A DNA stretch of 64,000 nt, from NCBI RefSeq assembly GCF_963921235.1, contig NC_086113.1:25048001-25112000 (forward strand), read 5' to 3'. A program made the position numbers and the translations under genes. Under the pieces are notes generated by a model. That model had not been told where the DNA came from and did not search any database. It worked only from the letters and a program-made list of their open reading frames with translations. This document shows, piece after piece, positions 11,225-22,700 of the stretch. Source of the stretch: Mobula hypostoma. Lineage: Eukaryota. The stretch's first letter is position 1. Every line of letters starts with the position of its first letter.

Positions 11225-13276
11225 CCATAAGACCATAAGGCAAAGGAGCAGAAGTCAGCCATTCGGCCCATCGAGTCTGCTCCACCATTTTATCATGAGC
11301 TGATCTATTCTCCCATTTAGTTCCACTCCCATGCCTTCTCACCATAACCTTTGATGCCCTGGCTACTCAGATACCTATCAATCTCTGCCTTAAATACACC
11401 CAATGACCTGGCCTCCATTGCTGCCCGTGGCAACAAATTCCATGGATTCACCACCCTCTGACTAAAATTGTCTTCGCATTTCTGTTCTGAATGGGTGCCC
11501 TTCAATCCTTAAGTCATGCCCTCTCGTACTAGACTCCCCCATCATGGGAAACAACTTTGCCACATCCACTCTGTCCATGCCTTTCAACATTCGAAATGTT
11601 TCTATGAGGTCTCCCCTCATTCTTCTAAACTCCAAGGAATACAGTCCAAGAGCAGACAAACGTTCGTCATATGTTAACCCTCTCATTCCCAGAATCATTC
11701 TAGTGAATCTTCTCTGTACCCTCTCCAACGTCAGCATATTCTTTCTTAAGTAAGGAGACCAAAACTGCCCACAGTACTCCAAATGAGGTCTCACCAGCGT
11801 CTTATAGAGCCTCAACATCACATCTCTGCTCCTATACTCTATTCCTCTAGAAATAAATGCCAACATTGCATTCGCCTTCTTCACTACTGACTCAGCCTGG
11901 AGGTTAACCTTAAGGGTATCTTGTACGAGGACTCCCAAGTCCCGTTGCATTTCCGAACTTTGAATTCTTTCCCCATTTAAATAATAGTCTGCCCATTTAT
12001 TATTTCTGCCAAAGTGCATAACCATATACTTTCCAACATTGTACTTCATTTGCCAATTCTCTGCCCATTCTTCCAATCTATCCAAGTCTCTCTGCAGACT
12101 CTCCATTTCCTCAGTAGTACTGGCCCCTCCACCTACCTTCGTATCATCAGCAAACTTAGCCACAAAGCCATCTATTCCATAATCCAAATAGTTGATGTAC
12201 AATGTAAAAAGAAGCAGCCCCAACACAGACTTCTGTGGAATACCACTGGTAACCAGCAGCCAACCAGTATAGGATCACTTTATTCCCACTCTCTGTTTCC
12301 TGCCAATCAGCCAACGCTCTATCCAAGTATGTAACTTTCCCGTAACTCCATGGGCTCTTGTCTTGTTAAGTAGCCTCATGTGTGGCACCTTGTCAAAGGC
12401 CTTCTGAAAATCCAAATGTCCAACATCCACTGCATCTCCCTTGTCTAGCTTACTGGTAATTTCCTCAAAAAATTGTAATAGGTTTGTCAGACAGGATTTT
12501 CCTTTAAGGAATCCATGCTGAGTTCTGCCTAGCTTGTCATATGCCTCCAGGTACTCTGTAACCTCATCCTTGACAATCGACTCCAACAACTTCCCAACCA
12601 CCGACGTCAAGCTAACAGGTCTATAATTTCCTTTTTGCTTCCTTGCCCCCTTCTTAAATAGCGGAGTGACATTTGCAATCTTCCAGTCCTCCGGAACCAT
12701 GCCAGAATCTATCGACTTTTGAAAGATCATCGCTAATGCCTCCGCAATCTCCACACCTACTTCCTTCAGAACATGAGGATGCATTCCATCTGGTCCGGGA
12801 GATTTATCTACCTTTAGCCTATTCAGCTTCCTGAGTACTTTCTCTATCGTAATTGTGACTGTGCACACTTCTCTTCCTTGCCACCCTTGAGTGTCCGGTA
12901 TACTGCTGATGTCTTCCTCAGTAAAGACTGATGCAAAATACTCGTTCAGTTCCTCTGCCATCTCCTTATCTCCCATTACAATTTCTCCAGCATCATTTTC
13001 TATCGGTCCTATATCTACTCTCACCTGGCTTTTACTCTTTATATACTTGAAAAAGCTTTTAGTATCCTCTTTGATATTATTTGCTAGCTTCCTATCATAG
13101 TTAATCTTTTCCCTCTTAATGACCTTCTTGATTTCCTTCTGTAAGGTTTTAAAAACTTCCCAATCCTCTGTCTTCCCACTAATTTTTGCTTCCTTGTATG
13201 CCCTCTCCTTTGCTTTAACTTTGGATTTGACTTCTCTTGTCAACCATGGTTGCATCCTTTTTCCATTCGAAAATTA
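11225..13276 (-). mobile_element. CR1 LINE, 5'-truncated, young; RT plus 3' UTR
   Basis: ORFs 12275-13255 and 11462-12226 are in the same frame, split by one nonsense codon; motifs KSPGPDG, NYRPVSLTS, LDFQKAFDKV, FADDTK. Frameshift near 11465; (CTTATGGT)n tail; possible CATTA TSD. Confidence 0.97.
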
Positions 13277-14310
13277 CATTATTCATGTGATTTCTTCCAT
13301 GCTGAATTTACAGATGATTTGAGAGAGCTCACTTCAAATGCAGTACACACAAAATGCTGGAGGAGCTGAGCAAATCAGGTAACGTCATTGGATGGGAGAA
13401 ACCAGAGGATATTTTGAGCTGAGACCCATCATCAAGGCTAGAAAGGAAAATGGCATGAACCAGAATAAGAAGGAGTGGAGAAGGAACATAGTACAAGATT
13501 GTAGCTGGTAGATGAGGGGTGGAGAGTGGTTAGGTGGGTGGGTGGGGGACTGGAGGGGGGATATGTATGCAGTTACTAGTTGATAGGTGAGACTAAGTGG
13601 AGGGGTAGGTGGGTGGGTGGGAGAAGGGTGATGAAGTAAGCAGCTGGCAGCTAAAAGGTGAGACTAAGCGAGGGGTATAGGTGGGTGGGTGGGACAGGTT
13701 GATGAAATAAGTGGCTGCGAGGGGATAGATGAAAGAGATAAAGGAATGAAGAAGTGAGACTCTGATAGGAGTGGACATGGAATAAATGGAAGGAGGAGAA
13801 GAAGCAATTGGAGGTAATGGGCAGGAGAGAAAAAGAGAATGGGTGAGAAGTAACCAGAATGAGGAATAGAAAACAAAAGAACGGGGGATTAGGGAGATAT
13901 TAGTAGAAATTGGAGATATCAATGTTCATGCAATCAGATTGGAGGCTACCTGGTCAGAGTATGAGATTTTGCTTCTCCAACCTGAGTCTGGCTTCATCAT
14001 GGCAATAGGGGAAGCCACAGACAGACATGTCTGAATGGGACTGATAAGTTGAATTGAAATGGTTGGTCACTGGGGGATCCTGCCTTTTGCAGCTGAGCAT
14101 GTAAAGAGACCTACGAAACAGTCCCACAATCTGCATCAGGTTGCATAGATGGGAGGAGGCAGCACCAGGAGCATTAGATACAATAGTTGACGCCGACAAC
14201 CTCGTAGGTGAAGTGTTGCTGATATGGAAGGACTGTTTTGAGATCACCCACCTGTTTGTACTCCTTCCCCTCCCCCTCCTTCTTATTCGAGTTTCTGCCC
14301 TCTTCCTTTC

Positions 14311-14348
14311 CAGTCCTGATGAAGGGTCTTGACCCGAAACATTGACTG
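14311..14348 (+). ncRNA. Minimal type I hammerhead ribozyme, CpG-decayed
   Basis: CAGTC-CTGATGA-A-GGGT(CTTG)ACCC-GAAA-CATT-GACTG. Helices I and II are perfect; the ACGTC of helix III and the cleavage triplet have decayed to ACATT. Confidence 0.75.
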
Positions 14349-14408
14349 TTTATTCCCCTCCATAGATACTGCCTGACTTTCTGAGCTGTTCCAGAATTCT
14401 GTATGTGT

Positions 14409-14786
14409 CAGAATCAGAATCAGATGCAGGTTTAATAGCACCAACATAAGTTGTGAAATTTCTTAACTTTGTGACAGCAGTACAATGCAATACATGATAA
14501 ATATTTTAAAAAATACTGAATTATATTAAGTATATATATGGATATTAAATAGATAAATGAAATAAGTAGTTCAAAAATAAATAAAACATAGTGAGGTAGT
14601 GTTGATGGGTTTAGAAGTTGGATGGCAGAGGGGAAGAAGCCGTTCCTGAATTACTGAGTGTGTACCTTCAGGCTTCTGAAGTTCCTTCCCGACAGTAACA
14701 ATGAGACAAGGACATGTCTATGGTGGTGAGGGCCCTTAATAATGGATGCCGTCTTCCTGAGGCACCGTTTCTTGACTATATCTTAG
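14409..14786 (-). mobile_element. Rex1/Babar 3' fragment nested in the PLE pLTR
   Basis: (CAGAAT)n tail; 6-bp TSD ATGTGT at 14403-14408 and 14787-14792; the pLTR resumes seamlessly afterwards. Confidence 0.85.
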
Positions 14787-14869
14787 ATGTGTTGCTCAAG
14801 ATTTCCAGCCTCTGAGGAATCTCGTGTTTATCACTTCATGTGCAGTTGCATGATTATGGATGACCCAGT

Positions 14870-15200
14870 GTTGAAATATCCGCAGAGATTTGAATGCAGA
14901 CTATGAGGCTACCACTAAGGAAGCTCTGCATTGTCAGAGACGCCATTCTTCAGATACAATGGTTATCCAAGTATTCATCTGTCATTTGAGGTGAAAGTTT
15001 TTGTAGCCACTATTTTAAATTTATCACTGGGGTCCTCACCAATGTTTATCGCTGAAACGCGTTGTCTTGTCTTCATCACATTGTTGTTGGTTGAATCCTA
15101 TGTGCATGCTAGAAGTTGTGCTTCCCACAGTAGTGGCCAGAGCTGATTGATTGTCTGAATGGGATGCGAAATGCACTTGAGAAATACAAGCATTCCTTTT
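14870..15200 (+). mobile_element. Old Deu-domain SINE (SacSINE1-like); boundaries approximate
   Basis: CTGCATTGTCAGAGACGCCATTCTTCAGAT core and a ...GGGATG...GAAATACAAG-CTTTT type tail. Confidence 0.55.
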
Positions 15201-15215
15201 TCTCACGTCTAACAG

Positions 15216-15278
15216 ATTGTGTGTTCCTTTGCCGTGAAAGGAAGCAGCTTCAAGTCTTTCTCATTTAATGCCGTTCAG
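15216..15278 (+). other. Candidate 63-nt exon (phase 0/0, IVCSFAVKGSSFKSFSFNAVQ)
   Basis: Acceptor CTTTTTCTCACGTCTAACAG| and strong donor CAG|GTGAGT; only one frame is open. No protein recognised. Confidence 0.3.
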
Positions 15279-16737
15279 GTGAGTTGCACAGACAATTCTC
15301 AAAGCAGTAGCTGACTTGTCCGCATATTCTGGATGCAAATAGTACCTGCCAGGGACTCGAACCGTTGATCCTTAGTGAATGCCATGCAGTGCAGGTGCCA
15401 ACAGCTGTTGTCAACTTTTACAATCGGTCACTCTGGCATCAAAAATCAATAACTTTTTACTGCTGCTTTGGGAGGTGATTGGCCAGAAATGAGAAATGGG
15501 AACTTGGACAGCTGGTCAGCAGTCTGTTGATTTTTTCCTTTTGTGGTCCAGTATAATTAGAGTTACTAAGACCAGCCAAAATGCTGATCTTCTAGTTGCA
15601 TATTAATGTTGAAGTCCTATCCTCAGGCACTAGCCCATCTGTATACCCAGCAATAATCATTAAGGAGGAAAGAAGAAATCTTTGGCACCATGTGCACTGT
15701 CCAGTTAAGGGATTTTATCATATGGATCAGAACGTGGGGTCAGTGGAGAAGCCACCATGCTCATTTTTGATCCCCAAGAAAGTTATCTGCAAAGAAGTAA
15801 TTGCCTCTGCAGGGAGAACTTCTCTTTTCCTGGTGATTGCTGCTGTCAGGTGTCAATTCAATAGAACCCATCATTGTCTAGCAAGCCTGTGTTGCCAAAA
15901 GTAATATAATGCAGATGCTGGAAATCTGAAATAAAATGCTCAAGGTGTTTAATAAATCAATTAGCAGCTCTGGAAAACAAGATCAACATTCCAGGCTGAT
16001 CACCTTTCATCCATTTGAGCAAAATATTATGACATACTGAGAGCTAATGATAGAAACATGTATATAATATCAAAAAAGACATTCAAATGTATAAATATAC
16101 TTAATAACATAATATAAAACTATTTTAAATACCACTATAGTTTTTAATTTCTTCACATAAATATTTCAATATACATACATGAAATTCATTCTTGTAGAGT
16201 GAGTTTATATTCTAATTGTACTATCCTGGCAAAGGGAAGCTCAACACACTTAGAGCCAAGCCATAAATTTTCAGTTTTCATCGGTCTTGTGTATAGTCTA
16301 AATGTATCAATTTATTTGACTTCTCTTGACTGTGGTGGTGACAGTTGCAAATAGGACAGTCTATGGAGTCAACCAAATGATTTAAAGGAACTTTGGAACT
16401 TTCATATTAAATGACACATGTGTAGAAATCCCAAAGAATGCTGTGTGTTTCACTGACTGATGATAGCTTACACCAATAATTCCTTATCACTACCACAATA
16501 GGACAAACGAGATACATAACATTCCTAAGATAACACCAGATCCATAAATTTGACAGGGAAGAAGTGCTATTGTTAACTAAATTGGGTAGAATGAAGAATA
16601 AGAGAATGCATTCACCCCACTTTACTGGATCATGACAGTAATTGATTGCTAAATCCAGGTATTCCTATGGTTAAAACAATTAGGACTAACAGAAGTGTTT
16701 TCTGCATGCAGGAAAAGTAACTAACACTTGTAGGAAA

Positions 16738-16774
16738 GGTCCTGACGAAGGGTCTCGGCCTGAAACGTCGACTG
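16738..16774 (+). ncRNA. Minimal type I hammerhead ribozyme with intact core
   Basis: GGTC-CTGACGA(16742-16748)-A-GGGT(CTCG)GCCT-GAAAC(16762-16766)-GTC^-GACT. Helix III is the loopless palindrome ACGT; predicted cut after 16769. Confidence 0.8.
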
Positions 16775-16835
16775 CACCTCTTCCTACAGATGCTGCTTGG
16801 TCTGTTGCGTTCACCAGCAACTTTGATGTATGTTG
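16741..16835 (+). mobile_element. 95-bp Penelope pLTR-derived insertion carrying a hammerhead
   Basis: Perfect 14-bp TSD CTTGTAGGAAAGGT at 16727-16740 and 16836-16849. Confidence 0.9.
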
Positions 16836-17554
16836 CTTGTAGGAAAGGTGTTAACTTTTAAGCCCAAATCTATGTTTAAATGAACAACAGATGCAGCATT
16901 CTACAAAATTGATAACCTCAGAAGTGGGAAATCCTAACTTGTCTTCTAGTCCTGTGAATTGGTTCATTAAATTTCCCCTCTGGATGACAAAGTTTTAACT
17001 GGAAACAAAACTACCAGTCTCATTTCCCCTCTGTCTCTATGCTCTGGGGATTTCTTGTTCTTGTTAGCACCTGTATGGACAGATTTTGTAATTGGCAACT
17101 CCCACGGAGCAATGATCTGTGTTGAAGGCAAAATGGAAAATCACATCTAAATATGTTATCAAACTTGTAGAAATCAATAAACTATCAGCAATAACAAAAT
17201 ATTGCATTTAAAATGCGTATTTAGCATTGCAAAAATATCTCAAGCTGCTTCGTAAAAGTAGTAACAAAAAATTGGAACCAAGCCTCACTAGAAGATAATG
17301 AGGCCAAATAAATATTAAGGAGTTTGGCTTGGGGATAGTGGGAAAGGGACGTAGAGAGGATTTGGGATGACATCAAGAAACATAGAATCAATCTGATAAT
17401 TAATGAACTGAAGTTCTTTTTTATAGCTATCTACCAAAATGCATCCAACAATTTCATTAGTGGCTCCTTATTACAGCTTACAAAAGCAGTTGGCATTCTA
17501 TGCAAACTGAAAATTACTTGAGGTTAAAAGGGCTACAAATATAAGCATGAAATA

Positions 17555-18238
17555 TTCAAAGGTTTCAAAGGTACATTTAATGTCAGAGGAATGTATACAA
17601 TATACATCCTGAAATGCTTTTTCTTCGCAGCCATCCATAAGAACAAAGGAGTGCCCCCAAAGAATGAATGACAGTTAAATGTTAGAATCCCAAAGACCCC
17701 CCCCAGCTCCCCCCTCCCACGTGTAAGCGGCAGCAAGCAACATTTCTCTCCCCCCAGCAAAAAAAACGCATCGGCACCCACCACTGAGTACTCAAGTTTG
17801 CAACAAGGCAACAGCAGAGACACAAACTTGCAGTACCCCAAAGACTACTTGTTCACCAGGTATTCTACATACCGCAGGCTCTCTCTCTCCCTAATAAGGG
17901 AAAAAGAGCTATCTCCGTTTCACAGCAAGAGGGGAGACATAACAAACAACTCACTAGTTTACAATGTTAAAAGTCTGTTGCATCGCTTTTTCCGAGCTCT
18001 GAACCCAAAGATCTCAGGTCACTGGGCACACAGCCTTAGATCTTCCAACTCCCACAACACACTGATCTTCTGTTGGGACACTGACCTTTGATCCACCCGT
18101 CTCCAGAGCCACGGGATCTCGGACCTCCGAAGATGTGCTAAATTCTTAGTCCGCACCTTGGAATGTTGAATAATAGCCAGTCATGAAACTGCCTATTCCC
18201 ATTCCTGCAAAGAACCAAAGTCAGCGTGTAACTCCAGA
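17555..18238 (-). mobile_element. Unclassified non-coding retroposon with (CCTTTGAAA)n tail
   Basis: Minus-strand end ACATTAAATGTACCTTTGAAACCTTTG; homologous to 5345-6045. Confidence 0.75.
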
Positions 18239-18426
18239 TCTTATCAAGTATTCTTATCATTATACTCTTGAAGTTTTGCTTTTAACAATGGTACAATCAA
18301 GAAACAATCATAATGTTTTTCACTAAACTTTTGTCGAATGAATAACCAAATAAATTTTGAACAACTGGCTCTGCTTTTTAATTAAGATTAGTTTGAATTT
18401 AAACAACTGTACTTAAGAACTTTACT

Positions 18427-18562
18427 AGTCATGCTGAAAGGTCTCAGCCTGAAACGTCGACTATACTTTTTTCCATAGATGCTGCCTGGCCTACTTATTT
18501 CCTCCAGCATTTTGTGTGTGTTGCTTGGATATCCAGCATCTGCAGATTTTCTCTTGTTTGCG
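18427..18562 (+). mobile_element. Penelope pLTR-derived short insertion with degenerate hammerhead
   Basis: AGTCATGCTGAAAGGTCTCAGCCTGAAACGTCGACT...TCCAGCATCTGCAGATTTTCTC. Confidence 0.8.
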
Positions 18563-18730
18563 TCTAAGGATCCCTAGTCCAGCTCTAGAACACATGCAAG
18601 TTCTCAGCATCATGGCATACCATAGTTTACAGAAACTACGATATGCACAGTGATAAAAAATAAAATCCTAAAATGCCATAAGTGCTTCCAGCTTACAAGC
18701 CATTTGTTGAGGAGAAGCTCATTTAAGCCA

Positions 18731-18855
18731 GACGAAGGGTCTCGGCCTGAAACGTCGACTGCGCCTCTTCCTATAGATGCTGCTTGGCCTGCTGCGTTCA
18801 CCAGCAACTTTGATGTATGTTGCTTGAATTTCCAGCATCTGCAGAATTCCTGTTG
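18731..18855 (+). mobile_element. Penelope pLTR-derived short insertion truncated inside the hammerhead core
   Basis: Starts GACGAAGGGTCTCGGCCTGAAACGTCGACTG; TSD TTTAAGCCA (18722-18730) / TTTAAACCA (18856-18864). Confidence 0.85.
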
Positions 18856-19347
18856 TTTAAACCATATTTTTATTTTCTTCCAAATGCAAGTGCAAATTTT
18901 TATCTTTTTAAGGTTTTTGAGCAGGTCTTTTGGTTCAGAGCTGGACTTGAAAAGCAATACTATCATACACTTATCCTCACATTTCCCTGAAACACTTTTC
19001 TCTTAGAAATCAATCAGTTCCTTCCTGAGTGCCCTATTATAAAAACTGAACCAACATGATGGTCAGTATGGTCAAGTACTGACTGTATCAAGTTGCACCG
19101 CTATTACATTTCCCTGCTATAAGTTCATAAACCATAATGAATCCTCATGGTCACTGAATCCGTTGTATTGATACTCTGGCATATATGATAATACAATGCA
19201 GGTCTTATTGGTTAGAATTTTGGGGGTCCATGTATGGCAACTATATTAGGAAGTAGTTGAAGTCATGGAAAGTTCCCAATTTTTTTTCCCAACTACTTCT
19301 CATCCACCTTCCAAAGAACTCCAATGGATTTAAAGAGATTTGGGATG

Positions 19348-19768
19348 TATTAGGTAAAGTCCGTAAAGGAGCCGAACGGTCCAAAGCTGGAGATAAACAG
19401 GTATTAAGATCTCCGCCCCAAATCAATGAAAACTCGTTCAAATTCGGAAACTGATCAAACAATGATTTATAAAATTCCGGACAATCCATATTAGGAGCAT
19501 AAACATTAACCAAAACTACTTTTTTATTAAATAGTAAACCACTAACCAATAAAAATCTACCATTCGGATCAGAGATAATATCCTGTTGTATAAAAGTAAC
19601 TGAGGAATCTATAAAAATAGAGACGCCTCGAATCTTAGCATTGGAGTTCGAATGAAATTGTTGTCCCTTCCAGAATTTGAAAAAACGTAGTCTGTCCCCC
19701 CTCTGTACATGGGTCTCTTGTAAAAATAAAATTTGTGCTTTAAGTCTCCGGAACACTTTAAAAACTTT
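19348..19768 (-). pseudogene. L1 ORF2 APE-endonuclease N-terminal part (inverted segment)
   Basis: KVFKVFRRLKAQILFLQETH...DPNGRF...NVYAPN...GGDLN...DRS..LRTLPN within ORF 19241-19828. Confidence 0.95.
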
Positions 19769-22700
19769 ACCTAATAAATCTGCAAATTTGATTAATTTTT
19801 TCCTTTCTGATTCTGGGTCGACGGACATTTGGCGTTTTCTGCATCCTCAGGAAAAAGATTTTTCCTTTTTTTCACATGTTCATCATTCCTATTCAAGAAT
19901 TGATTATTTTTTTATTGATTCTCGTCTCATTCCTTCAGTGATTAAATGTGATTATGATTCTATAACCATTTCGGATCATGCTCCACTTAAGCTTTCTATT
20001 AAAATTATGGCCAATATACCAAACAATAGACAATGGCGTTTTAATTCGCTGTTGTTTCAGGACTCGGACTTTGTTAATTTTATGAATGAACAGATTGAGC
20101 TTTTTTTTACAATTAACCATACAGAAGATATTTCGGTTAACACTCTTTGGGACACTTTTAAAGCCTATATTCGGGGTCAGATTATTTCGTATTCCGTTGC
20201 TTTGAGGAAGAAACAGAAGCAGGAGGAGATGGCAATTGTGGACAAGATTAAAGAAATTGATAAGAAATATGTTATGGCTCCTTCTGAGGAGCTATACAAA
20301 CAAAGAACTGAACTTCAAATGGAACACAGTTTACTACTCTCGTCCTCGATTGTAAACCAATTAAAGAAAACAAGAAGTGATTTTTATGTTCACAGTGATA
20401 AAATTGGCAAGCTGCTGGCTAATCAATTGAAATCTAATTATGTTAAATCTCAAATCAATCAGATTTATAACCAAAATGATCGATTGATATTGGATCATGT
20501 GGGGATTAATCAAACCTTTTGTGATTTTTATTCTTCTTTATATCAATCAGAGTCTCCTCGAGATTCTAAATATATGAATGATTTTTTAGATAAGTTAGAC
20601 TTTCCTCAGATTTCACAGGATATGTCTTCTTTATTAGATACTTCCATTACAATGGATGAGATTAAGAATGTTATTTTTTCTATGAATCTGGGGAAAGCTC
20701 CTGGCCCTGATGGGTTTACCGTTGAATTTTATAAATGTTTTGCTTCTTTATTGATTCCTTGGCTCTATAAGGTTTTTGAGGCTTCTTTGAAACTTGGTAA
20801 ACTTCCGGAATCTTTTAATAGAGCATCAATTTCTTTAATACTAAAGAAGGATAAAGACCCTGCTCAATGTGCATCTTATAGACCAATATCTTTATTAAAT
20901 GTTGATTCTAAAGTTTTTTCTAAGTTATTAGCAAATAGACTAGAAAAAGTACTTCCTTCTATTATTTCGGAAGACCAAACGGGTTTTATTAAAGGTCGTT
21001 ACTCTTTTTATAATATTCGTACATTGTTAAATATCGTTTATACTCCCTCACAAAATGTTCCTGAGTGTGTTATTTCTTTAGATGCCGAGAAAGCTTTTGA
21101 TAGAGTAGAATGGCCTTATTTATTTAAGGTGCTTGAAATGTTTAATTTTAGCTTGAAATTTATATCCTGGATTAAACTGTTATATCACTCCCCTGTAGCC
21201 TCGGTTCGTACTAACTCTTTAAACTCACCTTTTTTTCCTCTCTTTCGTGGTACTCGACAAGGCTGTCCTCTTAGTCCCCTATTATTTGATATTGCATTAG
21301 AACCTCTTGCAATTGCTATTCGAGAATCTTCAAATATTACTGGGATAACTCGGGGATTAAAGTCCCATAAATTATCACTCTATGCTGATGATTTACTTTT
21401 ATATATTTCTAATCCTGAGAGATCTATTCCTGTTGTTTTAGAGTTATTAGCACAATTTGGTCTTTTCTCAGGTTATAAATTAAATCTTAGTAAGAGTGAA
21501 CTTTTTCCGATTAATAAACATCTTCCCTTATATTATAAATTTCCATTTAAATTGATTAATAATTACCTTTCATATCTTGGGATTAAAATTACTTGTAAAC
21601 ATAAAGATTTATTTAAGACTAACTTTTTACCATTAATAGACCATATTACTCAACTTTCATCTAAATGGTTTCCCTTATATTTAACTTTGATTGGTCGTAT
21701 TAATGCAGTTAAGATGTTTTTTTTGCCAAAATTTTTATATGTGTTTCAGGCATTACCAATTTTCGTTCCTAAATCTTTTTTTGATAAAGTCGACTCTAAA
21801 ATTTCTTCATTTATTTGGCAGAATAAGAATCCGAGACTGGGTAAAATACATTTACAGAAAGCTAAGAGAGATGGAGGTTTAGCATTACCTAACTTTAGAT
21901 TTTATTATTGGGCTATTAATATTCGACATATGAAATTTTGGTTACTTGACCGGGATATACTATCTATTCCTAAATGGGTAGCATTGGAATTACAATCTGT
22001 TCAGGGTTATACACTTGGTTCTATTTTAGGTTCATCTCTTCCTTTTGATTCGAAACGCCTTAAGCAGGTCTCTAACCCGATCGTTAAATATGCTTTGCGT
22101 ATTTGGTTTCAATTCAGAAAATTTTTTGATCTTAATCAATTCGGGTTAGCGATTCCTATTTTAGGTAACATATTTTTTCCTCCCTCTTTTACGGATCGCG
22201 CTTTTCAAACTTGGAAGACTAAGGGTATTTTACGGTTTTTGGATTTATTTTTAGATGGTTCCCTTATGTCTTTTGAACAATTATCTAATAAATATAACTT
22301 ATCAAGAATACATTTTTTTAGATATTTACAAGTTAGAAATTTCCTAAGTACTATACTTTCTTCCTTTCCAATGCTTCCTCCTATATATATTTTAGATTCG
22401 ATAATTAACCTTAATCCATGTCAGAAAGGTGCATCGGCTATGATTTATAATATTATTATGAAACTTAGGAAAGCTCCATTTGATAAGATTAGGGTAGATT
22501 GGGAACAGGAATTGGGGCTTACCATTTCTGTGGATGATTGGGGGCAGATTTTACAATTAGTTAATACTTTCTATTTGTGCTAAACATTCCCTAATTCAAT
22601 TTAAAGTGGTGCATAGAGCACATATGTCCAAAGATAAGTTAGCGCGTTTTTACTCGCATATTAATCCTTTCTGTGATAGATGTTCGGGGCAGATAGCCTC

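Larger units (their letters stand above)
13345..14830 (-). mobile_element. Penelope-like element: GIY-YIG C-terminal remnant, 3' pLTR and an inverted pLTR copy at its 5' side
   Basis: ORF 13954-14247 ends PVTNHFNS..SHSDMSVCG...RLEKQNLI (PLE GIY-YIG region). Minus-strand pLTR 13345-~13500 and plus-strand pLTR 14243-14830. TSD TCACTTCAAATGCAGT (13329-13344) / TCACTTCATGTGCAGT (14831-14846), 14/16. Confidence 0.88.

Noticed and set aside
10874-11230. Repetitive 118-aa and 80-aa ORFs resembling a repeat protein, or a CRISPR-like array
   Set aside because: Translation of a contiguous 17-bp minisatellite; no unique spacers and no cas genes.
18610-19006. Overlapping 118-aa ORFs
   Set aside because: Chance frames across a pLTR/hammerhead insertion; PDEGSRPETST is the translated ribozyme.
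19241-19828. 195-aa minus-strand ORF as an independent endonuclease gene
   Set aside because: It is the inverted 5' part of the same L1 ORF2; both ends are read-through into antisense L1 and flanking DNA.
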